The notes beneath the pieces are model-generated. The model was not told the DNA's origin, made no database searches, and saw only the letters and a program-made list of their open reading frames with translations. Shown in pieces: positions 38,416 to 48,203 of a DNA stretch of 64,000 nucleotides. Where the stretch lies: contig JAZNOJ010000095.1 of assembly GCA_045580735.1 (NCBI GenBank), positions 14,787 through 78,786 on the forward strand, read 5' to 3'. Source of the DNA: Candidatus Egerieisoma sp. (lineage in GTDB: Bacteria; Bacillota; Clostridia; UBA1212; UBA1255). Within the stretch, counting starts at the first letter, position 1, and each line of letters starts with the position of its first letter. The position numbers and the translations under genes are program-made.

Positions 38416-39264
38416 ATGAGTTTTGTTTTATTAACAGGTATGTCAGGTGCAGGTAAAAGTCAGGCTAGTAAATTTTTGGAGGATGTTGGATATTTTTGTA
38501 TTGATAACATGCCACTTCAATTGTTCTCAAAGTTTGGGGAATTATACAGATGCAGTGAGGTACAAAAAAAGACTGCCCTTGTAACAGACATAAGAAGCGG
38601 GACTGATTTTTCTGATATTTATTCTTTTATTGATGAAATGAAAGAGCAAGGTCATGATATAAAGGTTTTATTTATAGATTGTAGTGATTTAATCATTTTA
38701 AATAGATATAAAGAAAATAAAAGACTACATCCGCTTGCTCATGATGGTAATAATATTTCTGCTATACACAGAGAAAGAGAAATGCTTTCTCATCTTAAAG
38801 AAATCGCAGATGTTGTTATAGACACGAGTAATTATTCAATATGGGATTTAAAAAAGAACATTATTAAGCTTTTTGGAGATGAAAGCAGTAAGGGAATTCA
38901 AGTGAATGTCTGTTCTTTTGGTTTTAAAAGAGGAATCCCTGCTACATGTGATTTGATTTTTGATGTTCGTTTTCTTGCTAATCCTTATTATGTTCCAGCT
39001 CTTAAAAATTTGACTGGAATAGATGATGAGGTAAGAAAATATGTGTTAGAAGATAAAAATTGTAAATTGTTTTTAGATAAATTAGAAAATATGCTAGCAT
39101 TTTTAATACCCTTATATAGAGAAGAAGGTAAAGAAATGTTAGAAATTGGTATCGGCTGTACCGGAGGAAAGCACAGAAGTGTAGCTATAGCCAATCAAAT
39201 TACGACAGCACTTTTAAATAGAAATTTTAATGCCTCTGTTGAGCATAGAGATATATCGAAATAG
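38416..39264 (+). CDS. rapZ: RNase adapter / nucleotide-binding protein RapZ (YvcJ)
   Basis: P-loop GMSGAGKS at the N-terminus and C-terminal GCTGGKHRSV. Confidence 0.9.
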   Translation: MSFVLLTGMSGAGKSQASKFLEDVGYFCIDNMPLQLFSKFGELYRCSEVQKKTALVTDIRSGTDFSDIYSFIDEMKEQGHDIKVLFIDCSDLIILNRYKENKRLHPLAHDGNNISAIHREREMLSHLKEIADVVIDTSNYSIWDLKKNIIKLFGDESSKGIQVNVCSFGFKRGIPATCDLIFDVRFLANPYYVPALKNLTGIDDEVRKYVLEDKNCKLFLDKLENMLAFLIPLYREEGKEMLEIGIGCTGGKHRSVAIANQITTALLNRNFNASVEHRDISK

Positions 39265-39281
39265 GAAAGGGGAGCATATTA

Positions 39282-40937
39282 ATGGATAGAGATACACTTT
39301 ATATATTTGGACATAAGAATCCTGATACAGACTCTGTTTGCTCTGCTATTGCTTATGCGGAATTAAAGAGAAAATTAGGACTTAAAGCTGAACCGTGCAG
39401 ATTGGGTGACTTGAATGATGAAACTAAATTTGTATTAGATTATTTTAATGTTCCATCACCACTTAAAATTTCAAATGTACGCAGACAAGTAAGTGACTTG
39501 GATGTGGATATTGTTGATAAGCTGTCTCCGGATGTATCAATAAAAATTGCATGGCACATAATGGAGCAGACAAATATTCGTACATTGCCGATTGTAGATG
39601 ATGCTCAAAAGCTATTGGGCTTGGTATCATTGACCAATATTACAGACAAATATATGGATGTTTTTGATTATGCTAGTATTTCTACTTGTGGTACAAGCAT
39701 AGATAATATTCTTGAAACTATAAATGGTGAAATAGTTGCAGGTAACAGACATGATTTTTCGGCGACGGGTAAGGTTGTTGTTGCAGCATGTTCTCCTGAT
39801 AGCTATGGAGATTACATAGAAAAGGGCGACATAGTAATAGTAGGAAACAGAAGTGACTCACAAATTAAAGCTTTAGAGTTAGGTGCAAATGCTGTGGTTT
39901 TGACATGTGGCTTTAAACCTGATGACGAAATATGCAATATTGCAGAGAAAAATAAAGCGATATTAATTTCAACGCAATATGATACATATACTACGGCAAG
40001 ACTTATTAATCAAAGTATTCCTGTTAGCTCAATAATGACTACTGATGAAAATAACAAAATCATTAAATTTTACATTGATGATTATATAGAGGATATTCGT
40101 GAAAGCATGACGAAAAACCGTTTTAGAAGTTATCCTGTTTTAGATAGAAACGGTGTTGTTTTGGGATTTATTTCCAGATACCATTTAATTTCTCACAGAA
40201 AGAAAAAAGTAATTTTATTAGATCATAACGAAAAAGGTCAGACGGTAAAAGGTATTGAGGAAGCTGAAATTATGGAAATAATTGACCACCATAAGGTCGG
40301 GGATCTTACTACTGCAAGTCCAATACTGTTTAAAAATGAACCTGTTGGAAGTACAGCTACAATTATAGCAAATCTTTATACAGAAAAAGGAAGAAGACCA
40401 ACATCTTCGATAGCTGGTATATTATGTGCAGCGATAATTTCAGATACTTTAAAATTCCAATCACCTACAGCAACAGAGCTTGACAGAAGTACAGCACAAA
40501 GACTTGCTGATATTGCAGGTATCAATATAGATGAATTTGCAGAGAGAATGTTTAAAGCGGGAACCTCATTTAGTGGCAAATCTGCAGCAGAAGCGTTTGC
40601 TCAGGATTTTAAGACTGTTTCCATTCAAGGATATACAGTTGGTATTAGCCAAATAACTGTAATGGGAATGTCGGGTATTTCTGACATAAAAGCAGATATA
40701 TACACACATATGGAAAAGCTTTCAGCAGGTGATGCATATGATTTACTAACTGTAATATTTGTTGATTTGAGCTCGGGAACAACAACATTACATTTTGTAG
40801 GCAGTCTTGCAGAAGAAATTGTAGATGATATAGATGTTAAGGCAAATGATGGTGATTATGTTTTTGAAAGCATAATGTCGAGAAAAAAAGATGTAATTCC
40901 ATTAATTACAAACATAATTGAAAAGCAAAAATCGTAA
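39282..40937 (+). CDS. family II (DHH) inorganic pyrophosphatase with CBS pair and DRTGG insert (CBS-PPase)
   Basis: Motifs GHKNPDTDS, LLDHNE and IDHH, plus a DHHA2 C-terminal part. The CBS and DRTGG-like insert lies between residues about 70 and 300. Confidence 0.85.
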   Translation: MDRDTLYIFGHKNPDTDSVCSAIAYAELKRKLGLKAEPCRLGDLNDETKFVLDYFNVPSPLKISNVRRQVSDLDVDIVDKLSPDVSIKIAWHIMEQTNIRTLPIVDDAQKLLGLVSLTNITDKYMDVFDYASISTCGTSIDNILETINGEIVAGNRHDFSATGKVVVAACSPDSYGDYIEKGDIVIVGNRSDSQIKALELGANAVVLTCGFKPDDEICNIAEKNKAILISTQYDTYTTARLINQSIPVSSIMTTDENNKIIKFYIDDYIEDIRESMTKNRFRSYPVLDRNGVVLGFISRYHLISHRKKKVILLDHNEKGQTVKGIEEAEIMEIIDHHKVGDLTTASPILFKNEPVGSTATIIANLYTEKGRRPTSSIAGILCAAIISDTLKFQSPTATELDRSTAQRLADIAGINIDEFAERMFKAGTSFSGKSAAEAFAQDFKTVSIQGYTVGISQITVMGMSGISDIKADIYTHMEKLSAGDAYDLLTVIFVDLSSGTTTLHFVGSLAEEIVDDIDVKANDGDYVFESIMSRKKDVIPLITNIIEKQKS

Positions 40938-40986
40938 GTCTATTTGTATTAACAATTATTTAACAATTTGTTTGCGTAACAATTTA

Positions 40987-41015
40987 TTGTAATTATGTAT
41001 ATGTTCTGTTATAAT
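40987..41015 (+). promoter_or_regulatory. promoter of the 41062 lipoprotein gene
   Basis: TTGTAA (40987..40992), 17-nt spacer, extended -10 TGtTATAAT (TATAAT at 41010..41015). Confidence 0.55.
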
Positions 41016-41061
41016 TAAGCTATATTTTATATTTATTAAATTATTTTTACGGAGGGATTTT

Positions 41062-41766
41062 ATGCACTCAAAAAAGTTATTAACAAGAGTTTTACTTTGT
41101 GTTTTGGCACTCGTGTCGATTTTCACAATAGTAGGTTGTAAGGAAGAAGAAGGCTCAGAAATTTCTAAGTCATTTATTTATGGTAAGCAGTATGAAAATA
41201 ACCGCTATTATTTTTCACAGGGATATCCTGATGATTGGACTGTAACAGAAGGTAACGACGGTACATTCCTTGTTCCTGCTCAGCACCCTGTATATGATGA
41301 TATGGGACTTGTAGCACAATTTGCTAAAGGTGATGCAAAATACAGCGTTTATTCTGTAAAATATCCTTTTATGAAGGCTTCACTTACTGATTACGTAATG
41401 GGTCTTTTAGGAAAGGATGTTCAATATAACTTCCCATTCAACCAATATTTTGTTGATGATGCAGAATATAATCCTTCAGAAGCAGGTGGAAGAGATGCTT
41501 TCGTAATGGAGACTGTTGACGGAACAGAAGCTGTTGCTGAAAAGATGATGACACATGAGAATAATGACATCCAATTCTGCCAGGTAACATATACATATAC
41601 TGTAGATGGTAACGAATGGAAGGGTGCCATGAATGTTGCTACAGCTAAAGAGGGCTTCTATGTAATTACATGTGAGTCAGCTTCTTCTTCATGGGATGCA
41701 AACTTTAAGATTATGGGCGATATGCTCGGCGACTTCCACATTCTCGGTTGGGAGACACAGGAATAA
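41062..41766 (+). CDS. hypothetical lipoprotein
   Basis: Signal peptide with a lipobox-like FTIVGC. Codon usage resembles the highly expressed genes in the window. No functional motif was recognised. Confidence 0.5.
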   Translation: MHSKKLLTRVLLCVLALVSIFTIVGCKEEEGSEISKSFIYGKQYENNRYYFSQGYPDDWTVTEGNDGTFLVPAQHPVYDDMGLVAQFAKGDAKYSVYSVKYPFMKASLTDYVMGLLGKDVQYNFPFNQYFVDDAEYNPSEAGGRDAFVMETVDGTEAVAEKMMTHENNDIQFCQVTYTYTVDGNEWKGAMNVATAKEGFYVITCESASSSWDANFKIMGDMLGDFHILGWETQE

Positions 41767-41792
41767 TTTTGATTATTCAATTATGATAAAAT

Positions 41793-41827
41793 GGCGGTCT
41801 ATTAATTAGATCGCCTTATTTTTTATG
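41793..41827 (+). terminator. rho-independent terminator
   Basis: GGCGGTCTA (41793..41801) pairs with TAGATCGCC (41807..41815), giving 9 bp with one G.U and a 5-nt loop, then TTATTTTTTA. Confidence 0.8.
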
Positions 41828-41838
41828 GTATATAAATT

Positions 41839-42717
41839 ATGATTAAACATACAGTATCCGGAAAAGAAAATAATAAAAGTGTTGAGCGCATATTATTAAA
41901 TACTTATAATATAGAAAGAAATGCATTATATAAAGCTTTTCGAAAAAAAGATATAAAGATTAATGGAAAAAGGATATCCTCTAATATCACTTTAAAAGAG
42001 GGTGATATTATAGAAGCATACGTTGTATTAAATCAAAATCAAAATACTATGTTATCTGATACATGTTATTATGATACTGTTTTTGAGAATAATGATGTTC
42101 TGATCGTGTCTAAAAAGCAAGGAATAGCTGTGTCAAAAAATTCAACTGATTCTTTCTCTCTTATTGAATTAATTAATCAAAACGGTAAAGCATATGAGTT
42201 ATGTCACAGATTAGATCGTAACACAGGTGGGTTATTAATAATTTCAAAAAACAGAGAAGCAACAGAAAAAATTAAAGAAGAAATAAACAATAGAATATAT
42301 TCAAAGATATATAAATGTATTGTATATGGAGATGCAACACATTTGATAGGTGTTCAAAAAGCATTTCTCTTTAAAGATAGCAATAAAAATAGGGTATATA
42401 TATACAATGAAAATAGAAAATACGCAAAGGAAATAATTACAGAAATAAAAAAAGTAAAATACGATAACAAAAAGAACACATCTGAAGTAGAAATAAATCT
42501 CATTACAGGCAGAACACATCAAATACGCGCGCATTTGGCTCATTTAGGTCATTTTGTCATTGGAGATGGGAAATATGGTGTGAATGAAATAAACAAACAA
42601 TATGGTATGAAATATCAAGCGTTGTGGGCATCTGCTTTATTGTTTAATCGTTCCTTTGATGATAAAAGAACAATTTTGCCAAAAGAGAATTTTTATTCAA
42701 AACCTAAATACGAATAA
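41839..42717 (+). CDS. RluA-family pseudouridine synthase with N-terminal S4-like domain
   Basis: Catalytic motif HRLDRNTGGLL and the later block GRTHQIRAH. Confidence 0.85.
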   Translation: MIKHTVSGKENNKSVERILLNTYNIERNALYKAFRKKDIKINGKRISSNITLKEGDIIEAYVVLNQNQNTMLSDTCYYDTVFENNDVLIVSKKQGIAVSKNSTDSFSLIELINQNGKAYELCHRLDRNTGGLLIISKNREATEKIKEEINNRIYSKIYKCIVYGDATHLIGVQKAFLFKDSNKNRVYIYNENRKYAKEIITEIKKVKYDNKKNTSEVEINLITGRTHQIRAHLAHLGHFVIGDGKYGVNEINKQYGMKYQALWASALLFNRSFDDKRTILPKENFYSKPKYE

Positions 42718-42773
42718 TAACATAATATTCGGTAATAATATCCATTATGAAAAACAAATGGAGGTTACCTTAT

Positions 42774-43541
42774 ATGAATAAGAAAGTAAAATGCTGCTTT
42801 TTAGTTATGATTTTTTCTTTATTTGTATTATTTTTAAATACAAATGTTGGAGCTTCAGATGATGGTGTCGACGCTTTTGACTATATGAGCGGAAATGCAA
42901 CCATTAACGCAAGTGGTTTGAATTTAAGAAGTGGACCAGGTGTCGAATTTGATTCTATATCAACACTTGAAAAATCACAGGCAGTAAAAATTGTAGGAAT
43001 TGTAGATGATTGGTATGCAGTTTATGATATGATTAGTCACCAAATAGGCTTTGTAGATAGTCAATATTTAAAGGTAGTGTCAAAGGAATCTATTAATGAA
43101 CCAAAGGTACCTGATGAGGAAGCACCCAATGTCTCTCAGGATATAGCAATTCCAGATGATATAAGTGATGATGCAATTAGACTGATAAATCTAACTAATA
43201 ATATAAGAGGAGAAATTGGAGCAGGAAAGATAGAATATAGTGAAGAGCTTAGTAAGGTTGCTTATGATAAGGCTCGAGATATGGTAGTTAATAACTATTT
43301 TTCGCATCAATCGCCAAGCTATGGTACTCCATTTGAAATGATGGCTTCGTATGGTCTGAATTTTTCTGCAGCAGCTGAAAACATTGCAGGTAATCAAACG
43401 GTAGATGGAGCATTTTATGCATGGATGAATTCAGAAAGTCATAGCTCAAATATAAAAAATGGTGACTTTACAAAAATGGGAATAGGAATATATTCAAGTC
43501 CTGTTTATGGAAAAGTTATAGTACAGTTATTTATGAGATAA
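42774..43541 (+). CDS. secreted SH3b-domain plus CAP/SCP (YkwD-like) domain protein
   Basis: Signal peptide, then an SH3b-like NASGLNLRSGPG...WYAV. The C-terminal CAP motifs are YFSHQSP, GENIA and HSSNI. The start is trimmed to ATG 42774, with TGGAGG 9 nt upstream. Confidence 0.75.
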   Translation: MNKKVKCCFLVMIFSLFVLFLNTNVGASDDGVDAFDYMSGNATINASGLNLRSGPGVEFDSISTLEKSQAVKIVGIVDDWYAVYDMISHQIGFVDSQYLKVVSKESINEPKVPDEEAPNVSQDIAIPDDISDDAIRLINLTNNIRGEIGAGKIEYSEELSKVAYDKARDMVVNNYFSHQSPSYGTPFEMMASYGLNFSAAAENIAGNQTVDGAFYAWMNSESHSSNIKNGDFTKMGIGIYSSPVYGKVIVQLFMR

Positions 43542-44313
43542 CACTTATACCAGCATCATCGGCAAGCTTTTGAATGTCTTCTGGTAAGGGCTTATCAGTA
43601 ATAAGAACATGAATATCACTAATGTCGGCAAGGGTAAATACTAAATCTTTGCCGATTTTTTCATTATCTAATAGCATAATAACCTTTTTAGCACGAGAAA
43701 TTACAGCCTTTTTTAACTCTGCTTCGTTTGTGTTGGCTACAGTAAAACCAGCCTCCTTTGAAAAAGCAGACGCGGACATAAAAGCAAGCTCAATATTAAT
43801 TTTTTCGATGAAATTGAGCGCCTCAGAACCTGATACAGAAAGAGTATTTCTATTTACGGTACCGGCAGGAATCATAACATTGATATTTGATTTTGAAACG
43901 AGATTTTGAGCAACATTTATACCATTAGTAATAATAGTCATGCTGTCATTTGGAACGAGCTCAGCTAGTGCCATTATAGTAGAACCAGCGTCGAAATAAA
44001 TAGAACGTCCTTTGTGAACGAAGGACAATGCTTTTTTAGCTATTGCTTGTTTTTGAATAATATTTTCGCGTGCTCTCAAAGAATATTCATTTTCTTCACC
44101 ATTTGATAAATGTGAAAGAGAAGAATTAATTTTGCGCACACTTAAAGCACCGCCTCTAGTACGAATTATACTACCGCGGCTTTCAAGTTCTGATAAATCC
44201 CGACGTATCGTCATAGACGACACGTCAGGAAATAAAGAACATAATTCGGCAAGAGAAATTTCTCCATACTCATCTATTATTGATAATATAGAATTTCTTC
44301 TCTCGTCAGGCAT
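43531..44313 (-). CDS. DeoR-family transcriptional regulator
   Basis: N-terminal HTH (RRNSILSIIDEYGEISLAELCSLFPDVSSMTIRRDLSELE) plus a DeoR C-terminal sugar-phosphate-binding-type domain. Its start lies 2 nt after the E1 stop. Confidence 0.88.
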   Translation of the reverse strand: MPDERRNSILSIIDEYGEISLAELCSLFPDVSSMTIRRDLSELESRGSIIRTRGGALSVRKINSSLSHLSNGEENEYSLRARENIIQKQAIAKKALSFVHKGRSIYFDAGSTIMALAELVPNDSMTIITNGINVAQNLVSKSNINVMIPAGTVNRNTLSVSGSEALNFIEKINIELAFMSASAFSKEAGFTVANTNEAELKKAVISRAKKVIMLLDNEKIGKDLVFTLADISDIHVLITDKPLPEDIQKLADDAGISVIS

Positions 44314-44315
44314 TA

Positions 44316-46787
44316 TTATACACCTTTCTTAGCTATACGAATACGCTCAGTGTTTGTATAATTTACGTTTGGAGTATTTACATGTCCCTTAAGAGGCATA
44401 ATCTTTTCATTGATTGCATCTAAGAACCATGTAGCTTGTGGGAAGAAGTCTGCATCAAATTCGTATGCAGGTGTAATCCAGTTCTTTGCACCAACAATTA
44501 CAGGAGGAGCATCTAAGTAATCAAATGCCATTTCTGTAACGTTCTCAGCTATATCATTAAGGAAAGATCCTCTTTGACAAGCATCACTAGCAAGAACAAG
44601 TCTTCCTGTCTTCTTAACTGACTCTAAAAGCTTCTCATAGTTAAATGGAACTAAGCAACGAGCGTCAATAACTTCTGCAGAAATTCCATATTTTTCTTCA
44701 AGAATTTTAGCTGCTTCTAAAGCCTTGTAAAGTGTTACGCCGATAGTAAGGATTGTAATATCTTTACCTTCCTTCTTGATATCTGGCTCACCAAATTCGA
44801 TTTCGTAGCTTTCCTTTGGAACGCCGCCTTGGTGGAATTCTTCACCCTTATCATAGATTCTTTGGCTCTCGAAGAAGATAACTGGATCTGTTCCGTTAAG
44901 AGCTGTTGTCATAAGACCCTTAGCATCATATGGAGTAACAGGGAAGCAAACCTTAAGTCCAGGAATATGAGCACAAAGTGATGTCCAGTCTTGTGAGTGC
45001 TGAGCACCATATTTTGAACCAACTGATACACGGAGAACTAAAGGCATCTTGAGTACGCCAGCACTCATTGATTGCCATTTAGCCATCTGGTTGAAGATTT
45101 CGTCTCCTGCGCAACCTAAGAAGTCACAGTACATGAGCTCTACAATTGCACGTCCACCACTCATTGCATAACCAACACCTGTACCAACAATAGCAGCCTC
45201 AGCGATAGGTGAGTTGAATACTCTGTGATATGGGAGAGCTTCAGTAAGTCCTCTATATACAGCAAAAGCACCGCCCCAGTCTCTGTTTTCTTCACCGTAA
45301 GCTATAAGTGTAGGATCTTCATAGAATTTGTCCATGATAGGTTCAAAAATAGCATCTCTGTAGTTAAATGTCTTAAGCTTTGAGAAAGGCATTCCGTTTG
45401 CATCGAAAGCAAATCTTTCTTTCTTAGCAATTTGTTGAACTCTTGGATTTTCTTCCTTAGGCATAAGAACGTCTGGCTCACGATCTTCCATCTTAGCGAT
45501 CTTTTGATTTGAGAACATAAGATCTTCAAGCTGGCGAGGATTCTTAATGAAGTCCATACGTGGAGAGATTTCTGTATCAACAGACATAGCACAAATCTTT
45601 GTGATAAGCTCTATGCAGCTCTTATCGATAGCATCAAATTCTGCAGCTGTAGCAACCTTAGCTTTAATGAGTTTGTTTTTGTACTCATTAACTGAATTGC
45701 CCTCGAACCACATATCGATTTCTTCTTTTGTTCTGTAGCTTGATGCATCTGAAGGTGAGTGACCTGTTGTTCTGTAAGTAAGTGTATCGAGAAGAACAGG
45801 ACCTTTCTTCTGAGCGAGAATTTCTTTCTTTCTGCGGATAGCATCGATAACAGCAAGTGGGTTGTAACCGTCTACGCGCTCTGAATGCATTTGCTCAGGG
45901 TTTACACCGGCACCCATTCTAGCGAGAATCTCATAACCCATTGTTTCTCCGTTTGTTTGTCCGCCCATTGCGTATTGGTTATTGTAGAAGTTGAATATGA
46001 GAGGGAGTCCTCCTTGCATATCGCCTTCCCAGAGTTTCTTATATTGGTCCATTGTAGCGAAAGCCATAGCTTCCCAAACAGGACCACGACCCATAGAACC
46101 GTCACCAATATTAGCGATTACGATACCTGGTTTTCTATTAACCTTCTTAAATAAAGCACTACCTGTAGCGATTGTTGCACTACCACCAACGATAGCATTG
46201 TTAGGGTAAATACCGAAAGGACAGAAGAAAGCGTGCATTGAACCGCCAAGACCCTTATGGAAGCCTGTTTCTCTAGCAAAGATTTCAGCAAGTGTACCAT
46301 ACATTAAGAAGTCGATAGCAAGCTCTTTTACTGTAGCCTGATCTTTTTGAACTATTTTGAGGATTGAACCATCAAAATATTCTTCCATAATTTTCATAAG
46401 CTCAGCATCACTTAATTTTTCGATTGCTGAAAGACCCTTAGCGATGATTTCACCGTGGCTTCTGTGTGAACCGAAAATCCAGTCATTTGTATCTAAAAGA
46501 TATGCTTGACCTACTGCTGAAGCTTCTTGTCCGATTGAAAGGTGAGCAGGTCCCGGATGGCTATATTGAATTCCATTATATTCGCTGGTTGTCTTAATGC
46601 TATTGAGCATCATTTCAAACTCACGAATGATGAACATATCTCTGTAGATACGAAGGAATTCTTCTGTTGTATAATTAGCCTTCTCATCTTCAATTGTTTT
46701 CTTATACTGGTTAACAGGAGTATCCTGATATTTAATCCAGCCGCTCTTTCTTACTGTCTTTTGATCAATAAATTGTGACTTTGGCAT
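44316..46787 (-). CDS. 2-oxoacid (pyruvate/acetoin-type) dehydrogenase E1 component, fused alpha-beta polypeptide
   Basis: 823 aa. The N-terminal half is E1-alpha-like, with the ThDP motif IGDGSMGRG...NN. The C-terminal half is E1-beta-like (transketolase pyrimidine-binding and C-terminal domains, e.g. [12 protein letters not shown]). An approximately 60-aa linker joins them. Confidence 0.85.
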   Translation of the reverse strand: MPKSQFIDQKTVRKSGWIKYQDTPVNQYKKTIEDEKANYTTEEFLRIYRDMFIIREFEMMLNSIKTTSEYNGIQYSHPGPAHLSIGQEASAVGQAYLLDTNDWIFGSHRSHGEIIAKGLSAIEKLSDAELMKIMEEYFDGSILKIVQKDQATVKELAIDFLMYGTLAEIFARETGFHKGLGGSMHAFFCPFGIYPNNAIVGGSATIATGSALFKKVNRKPGIVIANIGDGSMGRGPVWEAMAFATMDQYKKLWEGDMQGGLPLIFNFYNNQYAMGGQTNGETMGYEILARMGAGVNPEQMHSERVDGYNPLAVIDAIRRKKEILAQKKGPVLLDTLTYRTTGHSPSDASSYRTKEEIDMWFEGNSVNEYKNKLIKAKVATAAEFDAIDKSCIELITKICAMSVDTEISPRMDFIKNPRQLEDLMFSNQKIAKMEDREPDVLMPKEENPRVQQIAKKERFAFDANGMPFSKLKTFNYRDAIFEPIMDKFYEDPTLIAYGEENRDWGGAFAVYRGLTEALPYHRVFNSPIAEAAIVGTGVGYAMSGGRAIVELMYCDFLGCAGDEIFNQMAKWQSMSAGVLKMPLVLRVSVGSKYGAQHSQDWTSLCAHIPGLKVCFPVTPYDAKGLMTTALNGTDPVIFFESQRIYDKGEEFHQGGVPKESYEIEFGEPDIKKEGKDITILTIGVTLYKALEAAKILEEKYGISAEVIDARCLVPFNYEKLLESVKKTGRLVLASDACQRGSFLNDIAENVTEMAFDYLDAPPVIVGAKNWITPAYEFDADFFPQATWFLDAINEKIMPLKGHVNTPNVNYTNTERIRIAKKGV

Positions 46788-46816
46788 AAATTTAAACCTC
46801 TTTCTTTTATATAATA

Positions 46817-48187
46817 TTAGTCGTTAAATTCAAAAATTCCTTCACGGATAACTTCACATACAGAAGGATGTGGGAATACGAGCTTCTTAATATCTTTTAC
46901 AGGCATCTCTGTTTCAATCATTACACCTGCACCATAGATAATTTCAGAAGAATAGTTACCAATCATATGAACACCGATGATGTTTCTATATTTCTTATTA
47001 ATAAGAACCTTGATGATTCCGTCGCCACCTTCATTTTCAGCAACGTATCTTCCTGAATACATCATTGAAAGCTTAGCAACCTCATATTCGATTCCCTTAG
47101 CCTTAGCAGTTTCTTCAGTTTCACCGATTCCTGCTACTTCAGGATTTGTGTAAATAACTGAAGGAATAGCATTATAACGCATTGTATCCTTTTGACCGAG
47201 GATGTTGTTGATAGCAACCTCTGTTTCACGATATGCTGTATGAGCAAGCATTGAATATCCGTTAACGTCGCCTGTTGCATAAACACCAGCGATATTAGTA
47301 CGTCCTTGATTGTCAGTTTTAATCTTGCCTCTTTCAGTCTCTACGCCGATTGTTTCAAGTCCGAGACCTTCTGTAAAGGCACGTCTTCCAATACTGAGAA
47401 GCACTTTGTCTGAAGGAACTTCATAAGTTTTTCCTTCTAATTCATATAAAACTTTACCAGGCTCTACACCAACAACCTTGCATCCAAGATTAAAGGTAAT
47501 TCCTTTTTTCTGATAATTTTTAAGAAGAATTTCAGAAATTTCTCTGTCAGTAGGTCCTGCAATCTTATCCATCATTTCAATAACTGTAACCTTTGAGCCA
47601 GCAGAATTGAAATATGAAGCCATTTCTAATCCGATTACACCGCCACCGATGATAGTGAATTTTTCAGGAACTTCCTTAAGGTCGAGAATTTCACGGTTAG
47701 TAACGATGAAACCTGATTCAAGACCTTCTTTAACACCAGGAATTGGTGGAGTAACAGGTACTGAACCTGTAGCAATCAAAAGCTTAGAACCTGTATATGT
47801 TTGGTCAGCAGCTGCAACAGTAAAGCCCTCTGCTGTTCTGCCAGTAATTTTAGCCTCAGCCATAATTACAGTAACTTTGTTTTTCTTAAGCTTTGATTTG
47901 ATACCACTAACAAGTGTGTTTACTACTTTGTTTTTGCGCTCTACTACAAAATTGTGATCGAGCTTGATGTCCTGTACGGATACACCGTATTTTTCGCCAT
48001 GAGCGGCACCATCATAGATTTTAGCAGAGTAGAGGAGTGCTTTTGAAGGAATACATCCTTCGTTAAGGCAAACACCACCTATAAATCTTTTTTCTATGAG
48101 TAATGTGTTTAAGCCTGCGTGACCTGCGCGTTCAGCTGCAAGGTATCCTGCAGGGCCGCCGCCGATAACGATTAAATCATAAACCAT
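46817..48187 (-). CDS. lpdA: dihydrolipoyl dehydrogenase (E3)
   Basis: FAD fingerprint VIGGGPAGY and redox disulfide [13 protein letters not shown]. The start is trimmed to ATG 48187 because the GTG at 48196 lies inside the AGAGGTG RBS. Confidence 0.92.
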   Translation of the reverse strand: MVYDLIVIGGGPAGYLAAERAGHAGLNTLLIEKRFIGGVCLNEGCIPSKALLYSAKIYDGAAHGEKYGVSVQDIKLDHNFVVERKNKVVNTLVSGIKSKLKKNKVTVIMAEAKITGRTAEGFTVAAADQTYTGSKLLIATGSVPVTPPIPGVKEGLESGFIVTNREILDLKEVPEKFTIIGGGVIGLEMASYFNSAGSKVTVIEMMDKIAGPTDREISEILLKNYQKKGITFNLGCKVVGVEPGKVLYELEGKTYEVPSDKVLLSIGRRAFTEGLGLETIGVETERGKIKTDNQGRTNIAGVYATGDVNGYSMLAHTAYRETEVAINNILGQKDTMRYNAIPSVIYTNPEVAGIGETEETAKAKGIEYEVAKLSMMYSGRYVAENEGGDGIIKVLINKKYRNIIGVHMIGNYSSEIIYGAGVMIETEMPVKDIKKLVFPHPSVCEVIREGIFEFND

Positions 48188-48203
48188 TTTAAACACCTCT
48201 TTC

